Shown here: in pieces, positions 24,921-33,060 of the stretch
How positions within the stretch are numbered: the stretch's first letter is position 1
How the letters are laid out: each line of letters begins with the position of its first letter
IMG/VR virus record: IMGVR_UViG_3300011400_000001
Span: 1 to 47,096 of that record
Direction: 5' to 3' (one strand)
DNA from: a virus
Length of the DNA: 47,096 bases
The notes under the pieces: generated by a model
The model's database searches: none
Seen by the model: only the letters and a program-made list of their open reading frames with translations
Told to the model about the DNA's origin: nothing
Translations under genes and position numbers: made by a program

Positions 24921-25175
24921 ATGGCTAAGAGTGATACTGAATACGTTCGAGTCGTTGCGATTGCTCCATTCTGGCGGTATGCAGTTGGACCAACCGCAAA
25001 CCATTCTCCTGCGATTCCTTACTATTGGCTAGGCCCGGCAGTTGTGTTCTTCGAGAAAACCAAAAACGAAATGCCGTGGGCAGGAGTGGTATTGTACAAG
25101 CGGAAATGGTTGAAGGGAATTGAAGCAATTCGTGAATACAATCCCGCTAGCACCGCAGGGGCGGCAAACCAGTAG
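24921..25175 (+). CDS. Hypothetical protein (84 aa)
   Basis: ORF in the packaging operon. No motif recognised. Confidence 0.45.
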   Translation: MAKSDTEYVRVVAIAPFWRYAVGPTANHSPAIPYYWLGPAVVFFEKTKNEMPWAGVVLYKRKWLKGIEAIREYNPASTAGAANQ

Positions 25176-25178
25176 CAT

Positions 25179-25781
25179 ATGGTAATGAACATCTTGCTAT
25201 TCGATACGGAAACCACCGGTATCGTTAACTTCAAGAAGCCCGTCAGCGACCCGTGTCAACCCCGCCTTGTGCAGATAGCAGCTTTGCTGGTCCACTCCAA
25301 AGAAGGAGAGTGCGCCGCAATAAACCTCATCATCAAGCCGGACGGCTTTGAGGTGCCGAAAGCCGCGTCGGATGTACATGGCATCACAACCGACCATGCG
25401 GCGAAGGTTGGGATTCCAGTTAAGACCGCTTTAGAGGTCTTTCTAGCCCTTACCGCCCAGGCGGCGCTGGTCGTCGGCCATAACGTTCCCTTCGACATAG
25501 CTGTAGTTGGAGCTGAACTCCATCGCCTTAAGGTTAGCAATCCGTTGGAGATAATGGCTTCATACTGCACAATGCGAGAGTCGACCGACATTGTGAAGAT
25601 TCCGTCTGCCTGGGGGTACAAATGGCCCAAGTTGGTGGAAGCATACCGATTCGCGTTCAAGGAAAGCCTCGAAGGTGCCCATGATGCAATGGTCGACTTG
25701 AGAGCAACGTATCGGTTATACAGTTGGCTAAAGGGTCGGGAGGCTAAAGTTGCCTCAACGTTGGCTGCCGAGTTTGCATGA
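25179..25781 (+). CDS. DnaQ-like DEDDh 3'-5' exonuclease
   Basis: Exo I LLFDTETTG, Exo II VGHNVPFD, Exo III AHDAMVD. Its stop overlaps the terL ATG (ATGA at 25778-25781). Confidence 0.8.
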   Translation: MVMNILLFDTETTGIVNFKKPVSDPCQPRLVQIAALLVHSKEGECAAINLIIKPDGFEVPKAASDVHGITTDHAAKVGIPVKTALEVFLALTAQAALVVGHNVPFDIAVVGAELHRLKVSNPLEIMASYCTMRESTDIVKIPSAWGYKWPKLVEAYRFAFKESLEGAHDAMVDLRATYRLYSWLKGREAKVASTLAAEFA

Positions 25782-27283
25782 ACGCAAAAGTTCAATCAGC
25801 CCAAGCAGCGCAACTGTTGCTGGATCGCCGCAACGCGCGGCGGAACATGGCCGCCTGGTCGCGGGTTTGCGGCTTTGAACCCGCAAAGCACCACCTTTTT
25901 CTCATAAAAGAGTTAGAGGCGGTCGTACGTGGAGACATTAAGCGGCTTGCAATCTTCCTACCGCCAGGGTCAGCAAAGTCAACCTATGCTAGCGTACTTT
26001 TCCCACCATGGTTTTTGGCTCAAAAACCTTCGTCCGCAATCCTTGTCTGTTCCCATTCCGCCGATTTGGCAGAATCGTTTGGCCGACGTTCGAGGAATCT
26101 CATCCTTGATAAAGAGAAGATACTTGGTTATTCCCTTACCGACGATAGTCAAGCAGCAGGTAAGTGGGCCACGACCAACGGCGGTGAGTTTTTCTGTGCT
26201 GGTGTGGGCGGACGAATTGCAGGCCGCCGGGCGGACTTGGCACTCATTGACGACCCTGTGGGGAGCAAGGAAGACGCCTATAGTGAGGTTTCGCGGGAAC
26301 ATAACTGGAACTGGTTGAATTTCGACTTCCGTACGCGGCTTAAGCCAAACGCTTCAATTGTGCTTGTGCAAACACGTTGGCACGAGGACGACCTTGCAGG
26401 CCGCATTCTCGCAAAAGAAGGCTCAGAGTGGACAGTGGTTAACATACCTCTAATCGCTATCGAAAATGATCCTATCGGTCGCCTACCAGGAGAAGTGCTT
26501 TGGCCAGAGTATTTCAACGATAAACTCGTTGCAGATGCACGGAAGGACACCGACGTGTTCCAATGCCTCTACCAACAAGACCCCATACCGGAATCTGGTG
26601 ATTTCTTTAAGCGAGAGTGGTTGGATGGTTATGGATACAATAGTTATGCCGAGTTGCCAAAGAACCTACGTTACTATTGCGCCTCTGATCATGCGGTTCG
26701 AGCGGAAGAGATTAACGACCCGTCCCTGCTCTTGGCCGTGGGAGTAAGTCATAACGACGATATTTGGGTGCTTCCCGACGTGCTTTGGGATAAGGTCGAT
26801 ACCGGAGTGCAGGTCGACTGGATGTTGGCAACGATGAAGCAGTTTCGACCGCAGGCTTGGTATGCGGGGAAGGACCACATTAGCGGCAGTATCGGGCCGT
26901 TCCTATTTAAAAGAATGCGAGAGTCACGAATTTATACCTATGTGCAAGAACTCCCAAACCATAATCGCCGCAAGCGAGAGTTGGCAATGGCTATACAGGG
27001 CCGCATGAAGATGGGCAAGGTTCGGTGGCCACATTTTGCGAAGTGGTGGCCAAGGGCACGGAAGGAGATGCTTGCGTTCGATGCAGGGAAGCATGATGAG
27101 TGGCCGGACACGATGGGGAATATTGGCCGTGGGTTGAATGAAATGATCGGTTCAGAGCCACCGCTGCCGCCGGAACCAGAGCATCGTCCTCCTGACCTAT
27201 CTGCGTTGAACGTGAGGTGGTTGCGCAACAGCGACAAGTGGTCGAGGGAACGAAGAGAGCGTCTTGCACTGATGGACAATTGA
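25778..27283 (+). CDS. terL: Terminase large subunit
   Basis: 501 aa. Walker-A-like LPPGSAKST and Walker B LALIDDP. VQTRWHEDD is present. The C-terminal nuclease region contains CASDHAV. Portal, scaffold and capsid genes follow. Confidence 0.9.
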   Translation: MNAKVQSAQAAQLLLDRRNARRNMAAWSRVCGFEPAKHHLFLIKELEAVVRGDIKRLAIFLPPGSAKSTYASVLFPPWFLAQKPSSAILVCSHSADLAESFGRRSRNLILDKEKILGYSLTDDSQAAGKWATTNGGEFFCAGVGGRIAGRRADLALIDDPVGSKEDAYSEVSREHNWNWLNFDFRTRLKPNASIVLVQTRWHEDDLAGRILAKEGSEWTVVNIPLIAIENDPIGRLPGEVLWPEYFNDKLVADARKDTDVFQCLYQQDPIPESGDFFKREWLDGYGYNSYAELPKNLRYYCASDHAVRAEEINDPSLLLAVGVSHNDDIWVLPDVLWDKVDTGVQVDWMLATMKQFRPQAWYAGKDHISGSIGPFLFKRMRESRIYTYVQELPNHNRRKRELAMAIQGRMKMGKVRWPHFAKWWPRARKEMLAFDAGKHDEWPDTMGNIGRGLNEMIGSEPPLPPEPEHRPPDLSALNVRWLRNSDKWSRERRERLALMDN

Positions 27284-27293
27284 GCAGCGAAGC

Positions 27294-27320
27294 CGTCCTG
27301 TTCATTAAATGAACTGCACT
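27294..27320 (+). promoter_or_regulatory. 27-nt element, copy 7 (CGTCCTGTTCATTAAATGAACTGCACT)
   Basis: 10 nt after the terL stop. Its right arm supplies ATG 27309. Confidence 0.75.
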
Positions 27321-27530
27321 ACCATAACAGCCTACATTCTAGAACTTCTTTACATAAGGGCTTATTACTCAGGCTTTTCCACAAATTTCTCCCATCGGTT
27401 AACCGAGCACATTTTAGGTGATGGCCCTTATATCACTCGCCGATTTGGAGTATCTCTCATAGTTTTCAACCAAGATTTTGACTCAGTTGTCGACGCAAAG
27501 AAAGCCTTGCTAGACGAGGAAGCCGTATGA
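27309..27530 (+). CDS. Small GIY-YIG/UPF0213-like protein (73 aa), possibly degenerate
   Basis: AYILELLYIRAYYSGFSTNFSHRLTEH matches the GIY..YIG..R..EH layout loosely. Its only ATG lies in the right arm of element copy 7. Confidence 0.45.
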   Translation: MNCTTITAYILELLYIRAYYSGFSTNFSHRLTEHILGDGPYITRRFGVSLIVFNQDFDSVVDAKKALLDEEAV

Positions 27531-27625
27531 AGGCCGATGGAGCAGTCTTTATTACCAAGGAAACCAACCTGGACGCGGCTGAGGCTCTCTTACTCCGCTC
27601 GCACTTCATGTTCTCGAAGCCGTTT

Positions 27626-27669
27626 GGGGGGGACCAGCCGCCGACAGGCGGCTGGGGGGCGACAGCCCC
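27626..27669 (+). other. G7 run plus two adjacent GC hairpins that share a GACA tetraloop, upstream of the portal gene
   Basis: CCAGCCGCC-GACA-GGCGGCTGG (27634-27655) is immediately followed by GGGGC-GACA-GCCCC (27656-27669). Confidence 0.4.
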
Positions 27670-27704
27670 AGCATCATGCTCACTAGTGAAATCTTAAACT
27701 GTCG

Positions 27705-29753
27705 ATGCCAGAGTACGAACAAGCCAGTATGACCGCCGCCGGCGGAGCCGGGGATGAAGAGAAGTCTTCCGCCTCCGAACTCGCGGCGGTAAAGTTGTGG
27801 ACCCAACGTATCCTTGACGCGGAGCGTCATTGGGATAACGACTTTAAGCGTATGCGTCGCGACATGGACTTCATGGCCGGTTTCCAATGGGCTGGTCAGA
27901 AAGAGATGGACGAGGATCGCTACGTGGCCAACATGACCTTGAGGACGGTCAACCAGAAGGTCTCAGCTTTGTATGCTCGTGACCCGAAAGCGATTTCAAG
28001 GCGACGGAAGCGTCTTGACTACCAGATTTGGGACGGCAAGATTGAAAGTTTGCAACAGGCAATCATTGGTGCACAGCAAGGCGACATCGCTTCAATGGCC
28101 TTGGTAATGGACTACACTGAGGGGCGTCGCCAAAAGGATTTGGTAGATAAAGTCGGCCGGACCCTTGAGATATTGTATCAGTACATGTGCGACATCTGCG
28201 AACCAGGATTTAAGCGTCAAATGAAGAGTTTGGTCCGCCGCGTCGCCTGTGTCGGTGTCGGCTACGTGCGACTTAACTTTGAAAGGAACAATGAAAATGC
28301 CATCGGTGCCACGGATACCTCGACCAGTATCGTGGATTTGGTCCGCCGTGCTAAGACTATCATGTTGGATTTGGCGGAGGCGGAAATCACGATTGAGTCA
28401 CCCCAGGTGCAAGAGTTGAAGCAATTGCTGTTGGCAATCCAGGCTTGTGAGCAATCAGGCGACACACAAGACATTACCGAAAAGCTGGTCTTCGATTTCC
28501 CTTGCCCGACCTCGATCATCGTTGATCCCCGCTGCCGCAGTTTGGATGGCTTCATCGGTGCAAACTGGATCGCAGAGAAAAGGTTGCTGCCTCTGAATGA
28601 AGTTAATGAGTTCTTCGAGACGAACATTCAGACAGGTGGCACCCTTGTCATGTATCGGGATGATGGGGAACAGCGTTCGGCGGAGCTTGCGGCTCCGACC
28701 GACCTTCCTGAGAAACAATTGGCGTGTCTCTGGGAGGTTTTCGACCATCGGACCAAGAGCACGTTCTTCCTTGTGAATGGCTATAAGGAATATGTGCAGA
28801 AGCCTCAATCGGTTTATCCATACATCAAAGGGTTCTGGCTGCATAAAGCTTTAACGTTCAACGACGTGGAGACGGAGTCTTCTGCCAAGTCGACGATCTT
28901 TCCCCCAAGCGATGTGCAATTGGTGCGTTCTGCACAAAAGGAGTGGAACAGAACACGGAATGCTCTCCGTAACCATAGATCGCAGAACGCACCGAAATAT
29001 GTTACCGGCGCAGGATGGCTGACCGAAGCGGACAAGGAAAAGCTAGCGAACGCTAAGCCGGGCGAAGTGATCGAACTTCAAGGCGTCCCACCAGGGTCAG
29101 ACGTTGGGAAGCTCTTAGCTCCCTTCATACATGCTCCGATTGATCCGACGATGTACGATTCAACGCCGCTTCAACAGGACATGCTCTTTGTTATAGGGAA
29201 CCAAGAAGCCACGCAGCCTGCAAGCAATAAAGCGACAGCTACTGCTGCGTCGATCAATGAGCAGAGCAGGCAGCAAACAGTGAGTTCAAACGTCGACGAT
29301 TTGGATGACTTTCTCTCGTCTCTGGCTGAATCAAGCGGACAAATCTTACTAAGGGAGGCGTCGGAAACCACTGTCCGCCGCGTGGTAGGCCCTGGTGCAT
29401 TGTGGCCACCGCCTGGCCAGAACGAGGACTTTGCGAACGAGTTGTATCTTGATGTTGTGGCAGCGTCGTCGGGCCGTCCGAACCGTGCGGTGGAAATTGC
29501 TAACTTTACCCAGATCGCACCTATTATGCTGCAAGCTGGTACCAATCCACAATTTATTATCCGTGAAAGTCTCAAAAGATTGGATGATCGTCTTGATCCA
29601 GAAGAAGCATTTGCTAGTGGACCAGCCCCCAACGCACCGATGGGACCGCCAACTAGCAACGGAAGTGGTAAACCTTCAAGAGGTACAACCGCCCCAACAT
29701 CGCAGGGACAACATCCTGCACAAACAACGCCTCGGCCTGCGTTAGCGGCCTAA
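27705..29753 (+). CDS. Portal protein
   Basis: 682 aa, in the position after terL and before the acidic scaffold-like gene. It has a Pro/Gly/Thr-rich C-terminal tail. Confidence 0.75.
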   Translation: MPEYEQASMTAAGGAGDEEKSSASELAAVKLWTQRILDAERHWDNDFKRMRRDMDFMAGFQWAGQKEMDEDRYVANMTLRTVNQKVSALYARDPKAISRRRKRLDYQIWDGKIESLQQAIIGAQQGDIASMALVMDYTEGRRQKDLVDKVGRTLEILYQYMCDICEPGFKRQMKSLVRRVACVGVGYVRLNFERNNENAIGATDTSTSIVDLVRRAKTIMLDLAEAEITIESPQVQELKQLLLAIQACEQSGDTQDITEKLVFDFPCPTSIIVDPRCRSLDGFIGANWIAEKRLLPLNEVNEFFETNIQTGGTLVMYRDDGEQRSAELAAPTDLPEKQLACLWEVFDHRTKSTFFLVNGYKEYVQKPQSVYPYIKGFWLHKALTFNDVETESSAKSTIFPPSDVQLVRSAQKEWNRTRNALRNHRSQNAPKYVTGAGWLTEADKEKLANAKPGEVIELQGVPPGSDVGKLLAPFIHAPIDPTMYDSTPLQQDMLFVIGNQEATQPASNKATATAASINEQSRQQTVSSNVDDLDDFLSSLAESSGQILLREASETTVRRVVGPGALWPPPGQNEDFANELYLDVVAASSGRPNRAVEIANFTQIAPIMLQAGTNPQFIIRESLKRLDDRLDPEEAFASGPAPNAPMGPPTSNGSGKPSRGTTAPTSQGQHPAQTTPRPALAA

Positions 29754-29757
29754 CATT

Positions 29758-30819
29758 ATGCCAGAAGACACAGATACTCTCGACGCAGAAACGGACGTAG
29801 AAACTACGACCGATGTGGATTCGTCAACCACGAATGACGTTAAAGACAAGGACAAAGCCGCCCCGTCAGCGGACAAAGATGACAAAAAGACCTTGGCCGA
29901 TGTTGTCAAAGATGTCGTCGCCAAGCACAAGTCGGACTCATCAGCCGACAAGGGAGAGAAAGTGGACGAAGAAAGCGACGCTCAGACAGAGCCTGACGCT
30001 GACAAGTCCGCTGAGAAGGACGAAGAAAAGGACACCACAGCAGATAAGAAAGATGAGGTTGCGTTGGATGAGAAGGACAAAACCCTTCCCTTCCATAGCC
30101 ACCCTCGGTTCCGCGAGGTCATCAAAGAGCGAGCTACCTTTAAGCAGGAGGTTGAAAGCTTGAAGCCCGTTGCACAACGAGCGCAGGCTATCGACCAATA
30201 CTGTCAGAAACATGGTATCTCCGACGAGGAGTTCAATTCGGCCATTCAGCTAACGGCCCTATTGCACACCGATCCGACGAAGGCACTCGATGCGCTTCGT
30301 GCCTACGTTGACACCCTTGAAGTATCGCTGGGCAATAAGCTGCCAGCAGACCTTCAGAAGGAGGTCGACGACGGCACTCTGTCCTTAGAGCGGGCGAAGG
30401 AACTTACCGATGCTCGCATTAGGAACCAAGGGTTGGAGCACACCTCGAAGAAGTCCGAAGCCCAGGTTGCGCAGGAAAGGTCCAACGCGATCACGACAGC
30501 GGTCAACTCCTGGGACAGCCAGAAGCGCGCTTCCGATACGGCGTACGACAAAAAGTACCCCCTTATCGAGAAAGCCTTTATTGCGCTGTGCTCGATGAAC
30601 CCGCCTCGGAACCCTCAAGAAGCCGTTACCCTCGCGGAAAAGGCTTACGCAGAGGTTAATACTGCGATGTCCGCATTCGTCCCGAAGCCCCCTACCCGAA
30701 AGGTTTTGAAAACTAACGGCTCTGTCACAAAAGGTGTTATCGACATCAAGCCCGGTATGAACTTGAAAGAGGCACTCCCATTGATTGCTCGGAAGGTTCT
30801 GGCGGAGCATACTCGGTAG
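29758..30819 (+). CDS. Scaffolding protein
   Basis: 353 aa. The N-terminal half is highly acidic and lysine-rich low complexity, and the C-terminal half looks helical. It lies between portal and capsid. Confidence 0.6.
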   Translation: MPEDTDTLDAETDVETTTDVDSSTTNDVKDKDKAAPSADKDDKKTLADVVKDVVAKHKSDSSADKGEKVDEESDAQTEPDADKSAEKDEEKDTTADKKDEVALDEKDKTLPFHSHPRFREVIKERATFKQEVESLKPVAQRAQAIDQYCQKHGISDEEFNSAIQLTALLHTDPTKALDALRAYVDTLEVSLGNKLPADLQKEVDDGTLSLERAKELTDARIRNQGLEHTSKKSEAQVAQERSNAITTAVNSWDSQKRASDTAYDKKYPLIEKAFIALCSMNPPRNPQEAVTLAEKAYAEVNTAMSAFVPKPPTRKVLKTNGSVTKGVIDIKPGMNLKEALPLIARKVLAEHTR

Positions 30820-30841
30820 CACAAAGAAAGCAAAACATTGT

Positions 30842-31891
30842 ATGGCACTCGGATTAGCAGTAGCTTCAGACATTGCAAATGCGGCCTTGACGTTCTACGT
30901 TCGAGGCGGCACGTTATTGCAAACAATGCAGGAGCGTCCCTTGCTCCGCATATTGGAAGCCGCGAAGGAGACATTTCCTGGTGGCAAAGACAACATTAAC
31001 CTTCCCGTCCAGGGAGCGGTGATGTCCGACACGGCGGGATTCTTTGCAGGGTATACGGAAGATGACGCCTTCACGTTCACACAGGCTCAGAACATGCTTC
31101 GCGCCGCGTATCCGTGGAAAGAGCTGCACGCCGGTCTTATCATCTCTTGGACGGAGTTGAAGAAGGACGGGGTGACGGTCACAGATAGCATGAAGACGTC
31201 GGACCATTCCGAAGTGGAGCTGACGCGGCTCACGTCTATCCTTCAGAACAGGTTGCAGGATTATGGCGAATCGTGGGCACGTTCCATGAACAGCATGTTG
31301 TGGAATGATGGTAGCCAGGACGCGAAAGCGATTCCGGGAATGAAGTCGATCCTCACAGCCTCATCTGCCGTGGGCACAACCGGAGGATTGAACCGCGCAA
31401 CGTACGCATGGTGGCGGCATCGGACCCTTGTGGGTGCCTCCGCTATTGCGCCGAGCGAAGCTAATCAGACGTTGTCGAAAAGGCTTCGCTCCGAACTTCG
31501 TCAGCTTCGGCGGTACCAAGGCAAGCCCAATCAGGCATTGGCTGGTAACGACTTCATCGAAGCTCTTGAAATGGAAGTGCAGTCCAAGGGTATCTACACC
31601 CAGGAAGGCTTTACCAACGAGGGTAAGACTGATCTCGGTATGGCGAAGATTCGTATGCGGGGGCTTGGCACCTTTGAGTACGACCCGTCGCTCGATGATG
31701 CAGGCCAGGCAAAGTATTGCTACATCTTCGACGACCGGCGGGTTAAGCTCCGTCCAATGGAACAGGAGGACAATAAAATTCTGACACCTGAAAGGCCGTA
31801 TAACTATGCAGTGTTCCTGCGTAGCATGACCTATACAGGAGGACTTGTTTGTGACCAACTCAACGCCAACGGCGTGTACCAGGTTACCTAA
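30842..31891 (+). CDS. Major capsid protein
   Basis: 349 aa from ATG 30842 (MALGLAVASD...). Its position follows the scaffold gene. Element copy 8 lies 3 nt after the stop. Confidence 0.75.
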   Translation: MALGLAVASDIANAALTFYVRGGTLLQTMQERPLLRILEAAKETFPGGKDNINLPVQGAVMSDTAGFFAGYTEDDAFTFTQAQNMLRAAYPWKELHAGLIISWTELKKDGVTVTDSMKTSDHSEVELTRLTSILQNRLQDYGESWARSMNSMLWNDGSQDAKAIPGMKSILTASSAVGTTGGLNRATYAWWRHRTLVGASAIAPSEANQTLSKRLRSELRQLRRYQGKPNQALAGNDFIEALEMEVQSKGIYTQEGFTNEGKTDLGMAKIRMRGLGTFEYDPSLDDAGQAKYCYIFDDRRVKLRPMEQEDNKILTPERPYNYAVFLRSMTYTGGLVCDQLNANGVYQVT

Positions 31892-31894
31892 CCG

Positions 31895-31921
31895 CGTCCT
31901 GTTCATTTTCTGAACCCTACG
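31895..31921 (+). promoter_or_regulatory. 27-nt element, copy 8 (CGTCCTGTTCATTTTCTGAACCCTACG)
   Basis: 3 nt after the major capsid stop and 8 nt before ATG 31930. Confidence 0.75.
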
Positions 31922-31929
31922 AAAAGCAT

Positions 31930-32496
31930 ATGAAAAAGACAATTCTTGGATTGATCCTCTTCGGTGCGATATGGGCAGCATTCTCGTTGCTGTCCGGTCC
32001 CTACAACACGCAATCATTCATCAATGGCACAGCCGTTGTTATTGAACAACCCGCCTCCGCTACAGCCTTGTCGGTGTCGGGAACGTCAACGTCGATTAAG
32101 TATACGAACGACCTCAGCCAACTGATCACGGCAGGCACCAACGCAGCTGGTATCACCTACGGAGCGTGGGCTAGGCCGGTGGTAATCCGCTCGGATGCTA
32201 TCGGGGCAGCGGCGGTTTACAGTATCAGCACCACCCTGGCGGCAGGAACCACGAATACGGTTACCTTCACGTTCCAGCGTTCTATCGACGGTTCGAACTT
32301 CGACGCGGGCTTCCCGTGGTCATTTACGACACCATCGGATCTTGGGCTTACCGGACAGACAATGATCACGAACATCCCGACGTGGCTGGTTGTCGGTGCG
32401 AGTCACCTCCGCTGTAGCAGCATCAGCTACGCTACCAATACTCACGGTTACACCAATGCCCTGACATCACTCAGGTTTAACGGTTTCGCACCCTAG
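31930..32496 (+). CDS. Hypothetical beta-rich protein with N-terminal signal/anchor sequence (MKKTILGLILFGAIWAAFSLLSG)
   Basis: ATG 31930 lies 8 nt after element copy 8. The N-terminus is hydrophobic. A strong terminator follows the gene. Confidence 0.6.
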   Translation: MKKTILGLILFGAIWAAFSLLSGPYNTQSFINGTAVVIEQPASATALSVSGTSTSIKYTNDLSQLITAGTNAAGITYGAWARPVVIRSDAIGAAAVYSISTTLAAGTTNTVTFTFQRSIDGSNFDAGFPWSFTTPSDLGLTGQTMITNIPTWLVVGASHLRCSSISYATNTHGYTNALTSLRFNGFAP

Positions 32497-32502
32497 GTGC
32501 GT

Positions 32503-32551
32503 ACGGATCGGACCGATCTTGGTTTAACGTTGGTCCGATCCGTTAAATTTT
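32503..32551 (+). terminator. Strong stem-loop terminator after 31930..32496
   Basis: ACGGATCGGACC (32503-32514) / GGTCCGATCCGT (32532-32543) form a perfect 12-bp stem, followed by TAAATTTT. Confidence 0.65.
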
Positions 32552-32651
32552 CCCTTCACCTACCATAAATGTAAGAAATCGACGCAATGGCAATAAAAAG
32601 AACATGGTTTGCCCGACCTTGTGGCCGGGGTTCTGAGGGGAAAATTTAACG
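32541..32651. repeat. Perfect 14-bp inverted repeat CGTTAAATTTTCCC / GGGAAAATTTAACG spanning 111 nt of intergenic sequence
   Basis: Arms at 32541-32554 and 32638-32651. The left arm overlaps the terminator's 3' arm and T-tract, and the right arm ends 16 nt before ATG 32668. Confidence 0.7.
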
Positions 32652-32667
32652 AAGAAAGGACAACGAA

Positions 32668-33057
32668 ATGCAAATTGCTAACGTATGGCTTAAAATTGAC
32701 AACACCGGCTCGAACATTCAACTGGAGACAATTACTCCAGCAGAAGCCGTCATCCTGAACGAGAACCATCAGACGAACGCTCGTGGTATCGCAGTGCATG
32801 ATGTGGTAGTTGTGGGGGATGAGGAGCGCACTGGCGAAGCTGAAATCAATAGGCTTCGGGCTAAGTATCCGAACGCTAAGGACGCTAAGGGGACAATGCT
32901 AGCGGAAAAGCTGTATCCGGGAAAGAACCCCATACTGCCGCAGAAGTTTAGCGAGGTGGGGCTTGAGGTTACGCTTGCGCCGAAGCCATCGGTAGCGGCG
33001 GCAGTGAAGCCTGCGAATGTCGAACCCTTGAAGGCTGCTCCTGTGATGCCGAAATAA
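32668..33057 (+). CDS. Hypothetical protein (129 aa)
   Basis: ORF following a structured 171-nt intergenic region. No motif recognised. Confidence 0.5.
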   Translation: MQIANVWLKIDNTGSNIQLETITPAEAVILNENHQTNARGIAVHDVVVVGDEERTGEAEINRLRAKYPNAKDAKGTMLAEKLYPGKNPILPQKFSEVGLEVTLAPKPSVAAAVKPANVEPLKAAPVMPK

Positions 33058-33060
33058 CCT

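Noticed and set aside
24147-25004. Long antisense ORF (285 aa, minus) across the terS region. Similar long overlapping ORFs: 13617..14198(-), 13642..14220(+), 25256..25795(-), 31361..32017(-), 34445..34933(-), 30385..30873(-), 29171..29659(-)
   Set aside because: All of them lie opposite or out of frame to genes with clear motifs (terS-like, nuclease, exonuclease, capsid, portal, scaffold). Their products are Arg/Ser/Pro-rich and low-complexity. They lack the tight operon junctions seen for the real genes.
31286-31295. ATGAACAGCA inside the capsid gene as a tenth element copy
   Set aside because: Only the right half-site is present, and the left arm (GCACGTTCC) does not form the palindrome. 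A similar lone GGTTCAT at 3141-3147 is just the start of the 52-aa ORF.
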